NCBI GenBank assembly: GCA_963770835.1
Contig: CAVYRH010000026.1
Coordinates: 288,001 to 352,000, forward strand
Source of the DNA: an uncultured Pseudomonadota bacterium
GTDB lineage: Bacteria; Oederibacteriota; Muellerivitia; Muellerivitales; Muellerivitaceae
Length of the DNA: 64,000 nucleotides
Reading direction: 5' to 3'
Part shown: one piece after another, positions 43,771 through 53,731 of the stretch
Layout of the letters: each line of letters begins with the position of its first letter
Numbering within the stretch: the stretch's first letter is position 1
Notes under the pieces: generated by a model
What the model was told of the DNA's origin: nothing
The model's database searches: none
Seen by the model: the letters and a program-made list of their open reading frames with translations, nothing else
Translations under genes and position numbers: made by a program

Positions 43771-44150
43771 GCAAAAATAAGGTTTTTTTGATAGCTGAGG
43801 TTTTTTTGAAGAATCTGAAAATAATTGGACGCAAGAATGCTTACCGGGTGTCCAGCCGCTGGACACCTTTTGCCAGGCGACCTGGCAGAAATTGGAAGCA
43901 AACTGGATTCATGGGCACCGGGTGGTCAGTGACTGACCACCCCAGGGGTAAAGTGCCCCGCCGCGGGGCACTCAAAATAAGGGTTTTTGATACCTGAGGC
44001 TTATTCTGCGGAATCCGCAGATAATTGGACGCAAGGAGAGTTTACCGGGGTCCGGGTGTTCGGGCTCCGAACATCCTTTGTTCGCCGGGCGAACAAAAGT
44101 TGGAAGAATAGAAGGCCAAAGGGAAGGTCAGTTACGCGGCGTAACACCCC
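43771..44150 (+). repeat. Degenerate ~200-bp tandem repeat with multiple 21-bp palindromes
   Basis: AAAATAAGG-TTTTTGATA-CTGAGG at 43774 and 43974. ATAATTGGACGCAAG at 43821 and 44021. Palindromes at 43847, 43921, 43952, ~44054 and ~44131. Confidence 0.7.
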
Positions 44151-44270
44151 CAGCTCCCCATCGGGCGCAAAAGTGGGAGGACCCCGTTCACCCAAGGGGT
44201 GGATTTGGCCCTCCCGGGTGGCTCCGGCATCCAAACCGACCCTGCCAACCTTTTCGTTTCCTTTCGCCCG

Positions 44271-45194
44271 CTAGAACCGGAAACCGAAGGAAAGGTTGCC
44301 GCCGAATCCCGAATAGTCCACCACTGTGGGCCTGGCCAAGTTCGCCAGCTGGTAGGCCGGGAGTACCTGGGTGGGGACGGGTTCCAGGGACCAATAACCC
44401 CCTAGGTTGACCTCAGAGAGGGTATAGGGTCCGGTGGTGTCCAGCCGCTGGGACAGACCGCTGATGTCGGAAGCGTTCACCTGGCCGAACCTGGCGTAGC
44501 GGCCATAAGCCGAGATCCCCAGGGTGAAGGCCCCCACCTGGACTTCCTCCCGCAAGCCGGCTGTCGCCCCCAGGGTATCCCCCGTGAAGGCGCCGCTGGC
44601 GTCGGGCTGCGGGGTGCCGTTTTGGGTGAGGGTGCTGTTGAAATCGACGATGGTGTGGTACCAGCCGCCGCCCAGGTAAAAGGCGGTGTGGTTGCCCCCG
44701 CCCTGGGCCAGGGTGAAGGCGTAGCGGACCGTCACGTCCAGGAGGTTGGGGCCCACGCTCTCGCCCGACGAGGAGTTGGGATTGAACTGGCCGAAGATAT
44801 CCGATTGGGAGGAGACGAACTCGGCGGCCAGGGAAATCTCGGTGCCGTCCCCCATCCTTTGGCCCCACTCGGCCCCCATCAGTACCCCGCTGTTGTCCGT
44901 GGTGGTGCCGGCCGTCACGCCGCCCCCCAGGCTCTTGTAATAGGCGCCGGTTTGCTGGATGGCGTTGGTCAGGTCGCCCAGGAGGGCGTAGTCGTAACCC
45001 GCGTAAAAGCGGGCGAAGAGGCCGTTGGAGGAAAAGACATCCGCCGAATAGGTGGAACCACCGGGGTCGCCCGCGTCATGGGACCGGGAAGCCGAAGCCA
45101 CCTGTAATAGTTCTGCCGGACCCGCCTGCGCCCAGGCCCCCGCCCCAACCGCCGCCAGGACCAAAACCATCCCTACCACCCGCGAAGTGTTCAT
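44271..45194 (-). CDS. Outer-membrane beta-barrel protein of unknown function
   Basis: GGAGG RBS before ATG 45194. Signal peptide (AWA|Q), amphipathic strands (FYLGGGWY) and C-terminal LSFGFRF. Confidence 0.7.
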   Translation of the reverse strand: MNTSRVVGMVLVLAAVGAGAWAQAGPAELLQVASASRSHDAGDPGGSTYSADVFSSNGLFARFYAGYDYALLGDLTNAIQQTGAYYKSLGGGVTAGTTTDNSGVLMGAEWGQRMGDGTEISLAAEFVSSQSDIFGQFNPNSSSGESVGPNLLDVTVRYAFTLAQGGGNHTAFYLGGGWYHTIVDFNSTLTQNGTPQPDASGAFTGDTLGATAGLREEVQVGAFTLGISAYGRYARFGQVNASDISGLSQRLDTTGPYTLSEVNLGGYWSLEPVPTQVLPAYQLANLARPTVVDYSGFGGNLSFGFRF

Positions 45195-45290
45195 GCCGGA
45201 CCTCCCAAGGAATTTGCGCACTAGCTTGTTGGAGGACGGGGTGAAAAAGAAAGGGGTGTAAGAAATTTTCCAGGGCCCCCGGCGCGGGGT

Positions 45291-45542
45291 TCAGCCGAGC
45301 TTCCCGGTTTGGTAGTCGGTGAAGGCCTGCTTTAATTCCCCCATCGTATTCATCACGAAGGGGCCGCCGCGCACCACGGGCTCGTTGAGCTTTTGGGCCG
45401 AGGCGAAGAGAAGGCGCAGGGGCTTGTCCCCCGCGCTTTGAATCCTCACCGAATCGCCCTCCCCGAAGACCCCCAGTTAGCCCGCCTTGACGGTGGAAGG
45501 GTCTTCTTCCCCGCCGGTTTGGGCCGCGCCCTCGAACACATA
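45291..45542 (-). pseudogene. Duplicated 3' fragment of the pirin gene with an internal stop
   Basis: Ungapped match to 51599-51850 (offset 6308). TAC->TAA change at ~45477-45479. Confidence 0.88.
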
Positions 45543-45796
45543 AAAGAGGGTGGAATGTAAGCCTGATCCCGTTGTTTGAGTTGTTCTTAGGTAAAATCAA
45601 TTGGGCAGGTTGGTTAGGACGGGGCGTCTTAACGGAAAATCACTTTGGAGGAATTACAGGGTTCTAAGGATACTTCCGAAAGTATAATTTTTATTTAAGC
45701 GCCGTGTTCCATCTCGGGCAAGATAGAAAACGACCAACGCGCCCAGGCGGGGCTTCAAAATATTATTTTTTTCCGAAAGGGGATTCACCTAAACCC

Positions 45797-47599
45797 ATGG
45801 CCGCGCGAAACCCTAGCCTCCCCAAACCCCTTGATAAAATTTCAGAATATAAAAGTTTTCTCACGATCCTCAGGTATTACGCCGACCTGAATTGTTTTGT
45901 CATCCCCTCCAACCCCGTATTCGTCGAATGGCTGGCCATACACTACCATCAACGGGCGGCCTCCATATTCGATTTCGAGAAGAAATATAATTTCAAATTC
46001 AACTGGGACAAACTCCTCGACCCCGATTATGAAATGGCGCTGGGAAAAAGCCAGCCGCTCCTGCTGGAGACGCTGGGCTTTTATGACATCTTCATGCCGA
46101 TCCGCCGTAGGGGAAAAAGGTTGGGAACCATTTTATCGGGTGCTTTCGCCGACCGGGAAGTGACCTACCCCCTGTTGCGGGAGAGTTGGGGCCGATTAAC
46201 CGGCCAAACCGCTTCGCCTGAAAACGGGGAATTCCGGCAATTCGTCCGCGTGATGCTGGAGACACCCGTGTTGGAAGGCCCCACTCTTCTGGCTTACCGG
46301 GAAGCCTTGGAGTTGTACGCCGGTGTTTTGGTCGATCAAAACAAACCCGAAGCCTTTCGGCGGTGGGACGAATTATTGGCGCAGGTATTCTCAAAGCAGA
46401 TTCCCCACAGTTATTTCATGGACTGGGCCCTGGGACTTCCCACGCGGCAGACCGCGCCCATCTGGAACCTGGGTGTCCAGGAAATGCCCTGGATCCAATC
46501 CGAAATAGGACTCAACCGGGTTCCCACCACCGTGATCACGGCCATTCCCTTGGGTTCCGGCGGGGGAAAGCATGACGCCATCGCGGACATGCTGCGGATT
46601 TACCGTTTCCAGCGCCGGAGTTTTCATTTCGCCCGGACCCTCCCCCAAACCGTGGGGGGGAAGCTGGAGAACTACGGGGCTGTTTTCGTCACTTCGGCCG
46701 ACCCTTCCCAAAGCCGGCCCCAGCGCCGCGGGCAAATCATGGAAACCGCTGAACGCATCCATCGTTTTACGACGGAGGAATTGGGGGGGGCGGCCCTGGT
46801 GGGAATCGGCGAGACAGTCGCGCCGGGGGAATCGTTGAAAGAATCCTACCGCCAGGCGTTACTGGGCCTTCATTTGGGCCGGGGGGCCGGGAAAAAAGTG
46901 GTTTTTTTCAGTTCGGTTCACGCCGAAAAATCCGCGGGCATATTGGAAATCATGCGCCTGTTGGAAAAAATAAAAATCCTGGTCGAGACGGCCTCCTTCG
47001 CGGACCTGGGGGCTACCCTGGACGGATTCTTGAACCAAGTTCTTACCCTTTCCATGCATAACCCCGAGGAAATCCGATGGCATTTGCAGTACGGACTGAT
47101 CCAGATGAAAGAGGCGGTTGAGAAAAGGCTTTTCGCGGGGAAAGGGGAAGCGTCCAGGTTGCATGAAAACCTGGTCCTCACCCTGGAAAAAGCCGGTACC
47201 ACGCAGGAAATGATCCTATCCTTTAAGGACGCCTCGGAAAAACTTTTGTTCCTGGCCCAAGGCGGTGGCGCCCTGAAGTCCGCTATCTCCATGGAAAGGG
47301 TCCGGGATTATTTGGACCAACATTTCCGGGAGCCCCTGCGGGCCGAAAAAATCGCCAAGCTGGTGGACATATCGGTCGCCACTCTCAGCCGCCATTTCAA
47401 GAAATCCATGGGAGTCGGACTTGAAACTTATCTCCAGAACTTAAGAATGGAAGAAGCGAAGCGCCTTTTGAAAACCGGCAGCTTGCCGGTTTTCCAGATC
47501 GCCCAATCTTGCGGTTTCAAATCCGCCTCACACTTTAACCGGTTCTTTCGGCGAAAAATCGGATGTTCCCCGGAAGAATTCCGCAAAAAATCCCACTGA
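45797..47599 (+). CDS. AraC-family transcriptional regulator with PocR-like N-terminal sensor region
   Basis: C-terminal double HTH (LSRHFKKSMG...YLQNLRMEEAKRLL...IAQSCGFKSASHFNRFFRRKIGCSPEEFR). DIFMPI...LGTILSG is PocR-like. Central VGIG...LKESYRQA domain. Confidence 0.85.
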   Translation: MAARNPSLPKPLDKISEYKSFLTILRYYADLNCFVIPSNPVFVEWLAIHYHQRAASIFDFEKKYNFKFNWDKLLDPDYEMALGKSQPLLLETLGFYDIFMPIRRRGKRLGTILSGAFADREVTYPLLRESWGRLTGQTASPENGEFRQFVRVMLETPVLEGPTLLAYREALELYAGVLVDQNKPEAFRRWDELLAQVFSKQIPHSYFMDWALGLPTRQTAPIWNLGVQEMPWIQSEIGLNRVPTTVITAIPLGSGGGKHDAIADMLRIYRFQRRSFHFARTLPQTVGGKLENYGAVFVTSADPSQSRPQRRGQIMETAERIHRFTTEELGGAALVGIGETVAPGESLKESYRQALLGLHLGRGAGKKVVFFSSVHAEKSAGILEIMRLLEKIKILVETASFADLGATLDGFLNQVLTLSMHNPEEIRWHLQYGLIQMKEAVEKRLFAGKGEASRLHENLVLTLEKAGTTQEMILSFKDASEKLLFLAQGGGALKSAISMERVRDYLDQHFREPLRAEKIAKLVDISVATLSRHFKKSMGVGLETYLQNLRMEEAKRLLKTGSLPVFQIAQSCGFKSASHFNRFFRRKIGCSPEEFRKKSH

Positions 47600-47896
47600 G
47601 TTTAACGGGAAAGATTCTTGTTCGGATGCCTGACGTCGCGTGAAATAAAAGTCAATGTGTATGACGAATTATGGCCGCTGATTTTCTTTCCCTTGTTGTG
47701 AGCCCACGCCTCCACCTGTATCTTTCATTAAGGAAGCAGGCCGGTTTGAAAGTTCTTTTCATGTCCCTTTGAGTATCGGTTTTGGCAGGGGCCCATGCGA
47801 AGAGAGGTTGAAGTTCAGGAGGGCCCAGCGGATACCAAATGAACTTGGGTTCCGTTCCCTTTCGGCCCGCCGTACTTAAATTTGGAGGTGGTTCCC

Positions 47897-50800
47897 ATGT
47901 CCTTGAAAGAAATGAAGGCTTTAACTTTGGCCCTTGGGGTTTTTTGTTTTGCCCCTGCCATCTGGGCGCAAAACGTGACGGTCACATCCGGCACAACCTA
48001 TCAAACCATCTCGGGTTTCGGCGCGTCCAGCCAATGGGACAATTCCTTCTCATCCTCGCTTGCGGACACCTTCTGGTCGGACGATTCGAGCCAGCCTCCC
48101 GCCAGCCAGGTGAACGGCCATGCCGGTCTTTCCATCCTCCGCCTCGGCATTGACGACTCCGGCAACGGCAACTGGGGTTCCCAATGCGCCTTCGCGACCC
48201 AGGCCCTGGGCATCAACCCCAACGTCAGGGTTTTTGGCAGCCCCTGGAGTCCTCCGGCCAAGTGGAAGAACAACAACAGCGTCGACGGCAATAACACCGG
48301 CAGCGACGGCTTCAATCCCGGCTCCAACAGCAACCAACTCAACACCGGGAATTACGGCAATTACGCCGCCTACCTCACCAGCTTCGCCACGGCTTGCAAG
48401 AACACCTACGGTTTTACGCCCTACGCGATTTCGGTCCAGAATGAACCGGACTACGATCCCAGCTACGACGCCTGCCTTTGGTCGCCCTCGGCCATTGACA
48501 CCTTCGTCGGGTCTTATCTCGGCCCGGACCTCAATGCCGCCGGCTTCAGCAACATCGTCATGCTCCCCGAATCCTTCGCGGACAACTTGACCGGGTCCAA
48601 CACCGCCATGGGAGATTCGAACGCGGCGAAATACGTGAAGGTCATCGGAATGCACCTCTACGGCGGCGGCCCCAACACCATCCCCTCCAGCTACGCCACC
48701 ACGGCCGGCCACGCGGTCGAATCCTGGTGCACCGAAGTCTCGGAAAAAACCAGCGACAACAACATCGACAGCGGCGTTTTCTACGCCGGCGAGCTTCACA
48801 GCTGCATCGTGGACCACAACTTCAACGCCTACTGCTACTGGTGGCTCGTCCCAACCGGAACCGACGACGAAGGCCTCTGCGACAATTCAGGTAACCCCAC
48901 CAAGCGCCTCTATACGATCGGCAATTACAGCAAGTTCATCCGCCCGGGTTACGTGCGCATCGGCGCCACCGAGGTGCCCTCGTCGGGCGTTTCGGTGTCC
49001 GCCTACTACAGCGCCACCGATGGCAAGGTCGTGATCGTGGCCATCAACGGCAATACGGGCTCCAGCGAGAACGTGAACTTCAACTACAGCGACCTGAACG
49101 TGACTACGGTTTATCCCTGGGTCACGTCCTCATCCCTGAACCTGGCGCAGCAGTCCTCGGTGGCCGTCAGTGGGGGAAAATTCACCTATACCCTGCCGGC
49201 GGAGAGCGTGGTCAGTTTCGTGGCGTCGACGGGCCCCGCTGGCCCGACTGCCACGCCGACGATTACCCCCACGCCGATTGTTTTCTCCACTTGGCGGGTC
49301 AATGCCGGGGGGCCGGCCTATACCGATACCCTGGGCAACGTTTGGGCCGCGGATGAGAATTACAGCGGCGGAACCACCGTCGCCAGCGGAGGGACCATTA
49401 CGGGCACCTCCGACTCCACCCTTTACGACACCCAGCGTTACGGAAGCAGCTTCAGTTATTCGTTCAATGTTCCCGCCGGCTCCTACCAGGTGTCCCTCCT
49501 GTTCGCCGAGACCTATTCGGGCGATTTCGGGACGGGGGACCGGGTCTTCAACGTGGCCATCAACGGCGTGACCGTCTTAGCGAACCTGGACGTTTACGCC
49601 AAAGTGGGCTCGAATACGGCTTTGGACGAGGTCCTCAATAATATCGCCCCCAGCGGGGGCACCATCACGATCACCTTCACGGGAACCTCCAGCACGGACA
49701 CAAGCGCCATGGTGGAAGCCATTCAGGTCATCCCGCAGCCGGCCACGCCTACCTTCACGCGGACGAATACGCCGGCTTCAACCTCCACGGCTACAGCTAC
49801 CAGCACGGCTACGTCCACCGCCACGTCGACTAAGACAAACACACCGGTGCCGTCGACGGCCACCAATACGCCTACCAGTACGCCCACGTCCACCGCCACA
49901 TCGACCAATACGTTGTTGCCTACGGCGACAAGTACTGCTACGCGAACGAACACGGCTGTGCCGCCGACTCCGACCTTCACGGCGATTCCTCCGACGGCCA
50001 CGCAGACGGTGACGCCGACAAACTCGGCTACCGCCACGTTCACCAACAGCCCCGTGCCGCCTACGGCCACCAATACCCCGGCCCCGCCGACTTTGACCAA
50101 TACGCCGGCACCGCCCACGGCTACCAACACCCCGGCGCCTCCGACCGCCACCTTTACTGCGGCTCCGCCGACCAGCACTTTTACGGCGATTCCGCCTACG
50201 TTGACGTTCACCGTGACTCCTGTGCCCCCGACGGCGACGAATACGCCGGTGCCACCTACGGCCACGAATACGCCAGTGCCGCCTACGGCGACCAATACAC
50301 CGGTGCCGCCCACAGCCACGAATACGCCGATGCCTCCGACGGCTACAAGGACCTTCACAGCTGTGCCGCCGACCGCGACCTTTACCGCGGTTCCGCCCAC
50401 AGCCACGTTCACGCCGACCACGGTGGTGGCCAGCGGCAGCTTCAAGGTACAGCTCCTGAGCGGGGTGACTTCGGGTACCACCAACAGCCCCCATCCTTTC
50501 CTGCAGGTGGTCAACACGGGTTCCGGGCCCTTGAACCTGGACAACGTGACGGTACGCTATTGGTTCAACTGCGATTGCACCACCCAAAGCTTGCAGGCCT
50601 GGGTGGACTGGGCCGGACTCATTCCCTCGGGGACCTACGAAGGGTCCAACGTGCATGTCGCGGTGCTGCCCACCAGCTTGGGAGGCCAGACCGACTATGT
50701 CCAATACAGCTTCACTGGGAACATCACCCTGGCGCCAGGGGGGGTGATCCAAATCCAGAGCCGGTTCAACAAGAGCGACTGGAGCAACATGACCCAGTCC

Positions 50801-51274
50801 AACGACTGGAGCTTCGCGGCCAATACCAGCTACCAGAACGCGAGCAACGTAACCGGGTATGTCAGCGGAAGCCTGGTCTGGGGCCAGGAACCGGTGGGGG
50901 CGGCCGCGGCCCTCAAGGTCTCCAGCGCACTGGCCTTCCCGAACCCCTCGACGGGGACCGGGACGACCCTGTCGTTCACCGTCAACGGGTCTGCGACGGG
51001 GGTGAAAGCTTCCACGATGGACGCCAACAACCCCGTGATGGTCGACCCCAACGCCACGATCACACTGAGCATCTACACCCTTGCGGCGAGGATGATCTGG
51101 AGCCAAACCCTCTCCGGCGGGGCCTATGGGACTTCAGGACAGCACGAGGTTTACTGGAACGAGAAGGATTTGAAGGGAACGGGACTGGCCAACGGGATTT
51201 ACATCCTCAAGGTGACGATCCAGTCGAACGGCCAGACCAGCTCCACCATCGGCAAGATCCTGATACTGGGGTAG
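47897..51274 (+). CDS. GH30 (xylanase-like) + malectin + T/P stalk + CBM3 + CTD
   Basis: [57 protein letters not shown]. Malectin-like RVNAGG...LFAETY...RVFNVAING. Confidence 0.88.
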   Translation: MSLKEMKALTLALGVFCFAPAIWAQNVTVTSGTTYQTISGFGASSQWDNSFSSSLADTFWSDDSSQPPASQVNGHAGLSILRLGIDDSGNGNWGSQCAFATQALGINPNVRVFGSPWSPPAKWKNNNSVDGNNTGSDGFNPGSNSNQLNTGNYGNYAAYLTSFATACKNTYGFTPYAISVQNEPDYDPSYDACLWSPSAIDTFVGSYLGPDLNAAGFSNIVMLPESFADNLTGSNTAMGDSNAAKYVKVIGMHLYGGGPNTIPSSYATTAGHAVESWCTEVSEKTSDNNIDSGVFYAGELHSCIVDHNFNAYCYWWLVPTGTDDEGLCDNSGNPTKRLYTIGNYSKFIRPGYVRIGATEVPSSGVSVSAYYSATDGKVVIVAINGNTGSSENVNFNYSDLNVTTVYPWVTSSSLNLAQQSSVAVSGGKFTYTLPAESVVSFVASTGPAGPTATPTITPTPIVFSTWRVNAGGPAYTDTLGNVWAADENYSGGTTVASGGTITGTSDSTLYDTQRYGSSFSYSFNVPAGSYQVSLLFAETYSGDFGTGDRVFNVAINGVTVLANLDVYAKVGSNTALDEVLNNIAPSGGTITITFTGTSSTDTSAMVEAIQVIPQPATPTFTRTNTPASTSTATATSTATSTATSTKTNTPVPSTATNTPTSTPTSTATSTNTLLPTATSTATRTNTAVPPTPTFTAIPPTATQTVTPTNSATATFTNSPVPPTATNTPAPPTLTNTPAPPTATNTPAPPTATFTAAPPTSTFTAIPPTLTFTVTPVPPTATNTPVPPTATNTPVPPTATNTPVPPTATNTPMPPTATRTFTAVPPTATFTAVPPTATFTPTTVVASGSFKVQLLSGVTSGTTNSPHPFLQVVNTGSGPLNLDNVTVRYWFNCDCTTQSLQAWVDWAGLIPSGTYEGSNVHVAVLPTSLGGQTDYVQYSFTGNITLAPGGVIQIQSRFNKSDWSNMTQSNDWSFAANTSYQNASNVTGYVSGSLVWGQEPVGAAAALKVSSALAFPNPSTGTGTTLSFTVNGSATGVKASTMDANNPVMVDPNATITLSIYTLAARMIWSQTLSGGAYGTSGQHEVYWNEKDLKGTGLANGIYILKVTIQSNGQTSSTIGKILILG

Positions 51275-51316
51275 TTTCCTCCGCTGAAAGACGATAGTGG
51301 TCCAGCCTCGGAAGGG

Positions 51317-51470
51317 GTGGCCCCGGGTGTCATGGTGACCGACACGATACGGTTCTCCACCGACGGGGCCGCCTTTACCGGCGGTCCCACGGCCACCCCC
51401 GCTCCGGTGGGAACCACAGTGGTCGTATTACCCAACCCGGCCACGGGTGACAGCGTCAGCATCTTGCAGT
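51317..51470 (+). pseudogene. Degenerate remnant of a stalk/CTD-bearing gene
   Basis: Encodes VMVTDTI... then PTATPAPVGTTVVVLPNPATGDSVSIL, resembling the start of the GH74/peptidase CTD ([13 protein letters not shown]). Confidence 0.5.
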
Positions 51471-51598
51471 TTTTATGCACAGCGCACGCCGCCCCAGACA
51501 GCCCCGGTTCCGCAGATTCTGCGGAATTAGTGGGGGTACCCGTGTAAATTACACGGTCCAAGTGGCAATACTCCCCCCTAGAGGTGCTAAGGTAAGGC

Positions 51599-52445
51599 TC
51601 AGGCGAGTTTCCCGGTTTGGTAGTCGTAGAAGGCCTGTTTTAATTCCCCCATCGTATTCATCACGAAGGGGCCGCCGCGCACCACGGGCTCGTTGAGCTT
51701 CTGGGCCGAGGCGAAGAGAAGGTGCAGGGGCTTGTCCCCCGCGCTTTGAATCCGCACCGAATCGCCCTCCCCGAAGACCCCCAGGTAGCCCGCCTTGACG
51801 GTGGAAGGATCCTTTTCCCCGCCGGTTTGGGCCTCGCCCTCGATCACATACTAGGAAGGCGTTTTGGCCCGGGGGGGCGCCCTGGACGAGGACCGCGCCG
51901 GGTTGGAGCTTCACATCCAGGTAGGTGAAGGGGATGAAGGACTTTCCTGGGCTTTGGACACCCGCGTATTCGCCCGCCAGCACCTTCACCCGAACCCCGT
52001 CCTTCTCCACCACCGGCAGTTTTTCCGAGGGGAGGTCCTGGTATTTGGGCTCGGTCATCTTGAGCTTGGCCGGCAGGTTCAGCCAAAGCTGGTAGCCCCA
52101 GGCCAGGCCGTCGGCCTGCTCGGGCATTTCGCTGTGGATCAGGCCCTTGCCCGCGGTCATCCATTGCACCGAGCCGGCGTTCAGGTGGCCCTCGTGGCCC
52201 TTGGAATCCCGGTGGGTAAAGGCGCCTGCCATCAGGTAGGTAATGGTCTCAAAGCCCCGGTGGGGATGGTCGGGAAAACCCGCCTCATAGTCCTCGGGAT
52301 CATCGTTCTTGAACTCGTCCAGGAGCAGGAAGGGGTCCAGTTGGTTCAACTCGGGGCTTCCCAGGATGCGTTTGAGCTTCACCCCGGCGCCGTCGGTGGT
52401 ATCCATGCCCCGGACGACTTGCGTGACTTTTCTTAAGTTTTCCAT
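51599..52445 (-). CDS. Pirin-family protein with a +1 frameshift at ~51851
   Basis: DPFLLLDEF, GFPDHPHRGFETITY, HRDSKG, VQWMTAGKGLIHSEMP, QLWLNLP. C-terminal NEPVVRGGPFVMNT lies in a shifted frame. Confidence 0.88.
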
Positions 52446-52694
52446 GGTGGTTCACCGCCTTTCAAATCCAACTATCGGATGGATTGAGGGGAAAGACTAG
52501 TAGTTACTGGCCGCATACCGAAAAGTGCGTGGAAGTATTAAAAAAGAGGGGAATTGGTTCTTTAAGTTAAATCAAGTGTGAGTCATTTAAGGACTTATAT
52601 GCATGACTCCCTTAATAAAAAGGTCAATTCTGGGGGCAGAATTTTCAGGAAATTCCGATGCCTTTTTAGGTGTTCAAAAGGCTAAAATTTCGGC

Positions 52695-53558
52695 ATGGAA
52701 AATCCTAAAAATAACCACAAGTTCAATATTACGCCTCTTCAAAAATTTCAAAAAATGTTTAAAGGTTTGCCGCTTCTTTTTCGCATCGCCATTGAGGGAA
52801 TTGTATTTGCTTGTGCTTGGTCTGCGATCCAATTGTTGGGTGGTGGCATAATGAAAAGCTACCCCTTGATTGGTTTAATTTTTCACACATTTGCGTTTAT
52901 TTGTTTGTTTTTCGTAATCCATTTGTGGTTGCCAGAATCCTGGTTTAAAAAAATGTGGGTTGTGGCTCTTTATACTTGTTTGGGTTCGTTGACAAGTATT
53001 TGCATTTCGTTTTATTTTGATTTCAATTCATTTTTAAAATTCCCACAACATATCCCGCTCAATCAAACTAATCCAACGCCAACCCCCATTCAAAATCCAG
53101 TATCAACTCCCGAATCAGAAGAAACACACGAATTAAAAAAAGCAATTTCTGATTTAAAAAAACTTATCCCGCAAGGATGTAATCTTTTGAGGGTTTGCGG
53201 AAACGAGGATGGCTCCAATAAGCTTTATCAATTTCAAACTTTATCTCTTGATTGGGATCAAGATACAAGCAGTTTTCTCGACCAACAATATTTTTTAAAA
53301 GATGACGAATTTCGACATTGGAATAATCAAGGTGATATGTATTTTGGTGGCGTCGGGTTCAATGAAATGGATAAATCGGGTTCTATATGGCCGATTGGTG
53401 ACCCTCCATCCACGGCTTTTGATAAAGGAAATTATCGCACTATAGAAATCAAAATCGAAAATTTGCAGTATTACCTCTTTGAATTAAGAAATAGAGTGAT
53501 GGGAATAAAGCCTCAACCGCCAGAAGCCATGAAAACAAACAAGGTTAAATGCCAATAA
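52695..53558 (+). CDS. AT-rich hypothetical membrane protein (about 3 N-terminal TM helices)
   Basis: Long ORF in a markedly AT-rich segment. Hydrophobic N-terminal third. No family recognised. Confidence 0.6.
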   Translation: MENPKNNHKFNITPLQKFQKMFKGLPLLFRIAIEGIVFACAWSAIQLLGGGIMKSYPLIGLIFHTFAFICLFFVIHLWLPESWFKKMWVVALYTCLGSLTSICISFYFDFNSFLKFPQHIPLNQTNPTPTPIQNPVSTPESEETHELKKAISDLKKLIPQGCNLLRVCGNEDGSNKLYQFQTLSLDWDQDTSSFLDQQYFLKDDEFRHWNNQGDMYFGGVGFNEMDKSGSIWPIGDPPSTAFDKGNYRTIEIKIENLQYYLFELRNRVMGIKPQPPEAMKTNKVKCQ

Positions 53559-53685
53559 CTCTATTATCAAATCCTAGTTTGTAACGTCTCCCTTTGCCTT
53601 GCTGAATGCTGTAAAACCCTTAAAAGCACCGGCTTAACACGGGAAATTAGCCAAGAATTGCCCACCCCGTTATACTTTTGTTAAT

Positions 53686-53716
53686 GGGAATAAACCGTGC
53701 ACGTTAAAACACTAAT
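53686..53716 (+). promoter_or_regulatory. Putative ECF promoter GGGAATAAA-N12-AAACACTAAT
   Basis: Ends 15 bp before the sigma start. Near-identical motif with identical spacing at 58270-58300. Confidence 0.65.
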
Positions 53717-53731
53717 GGTTAAGGGGACTCC

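Noticed and set aside
43760..44270. Integron attC array or small ORFs after the IS
   Set aside because: No consistent RYYYAAC/GTTRRRY ends, no cassette genes and no integrase. The ORFs lack coding features.
45076..45600. 174-aa minus-strand ORF
   Set aside because: Out-of-frame reading of the pirin fragment.
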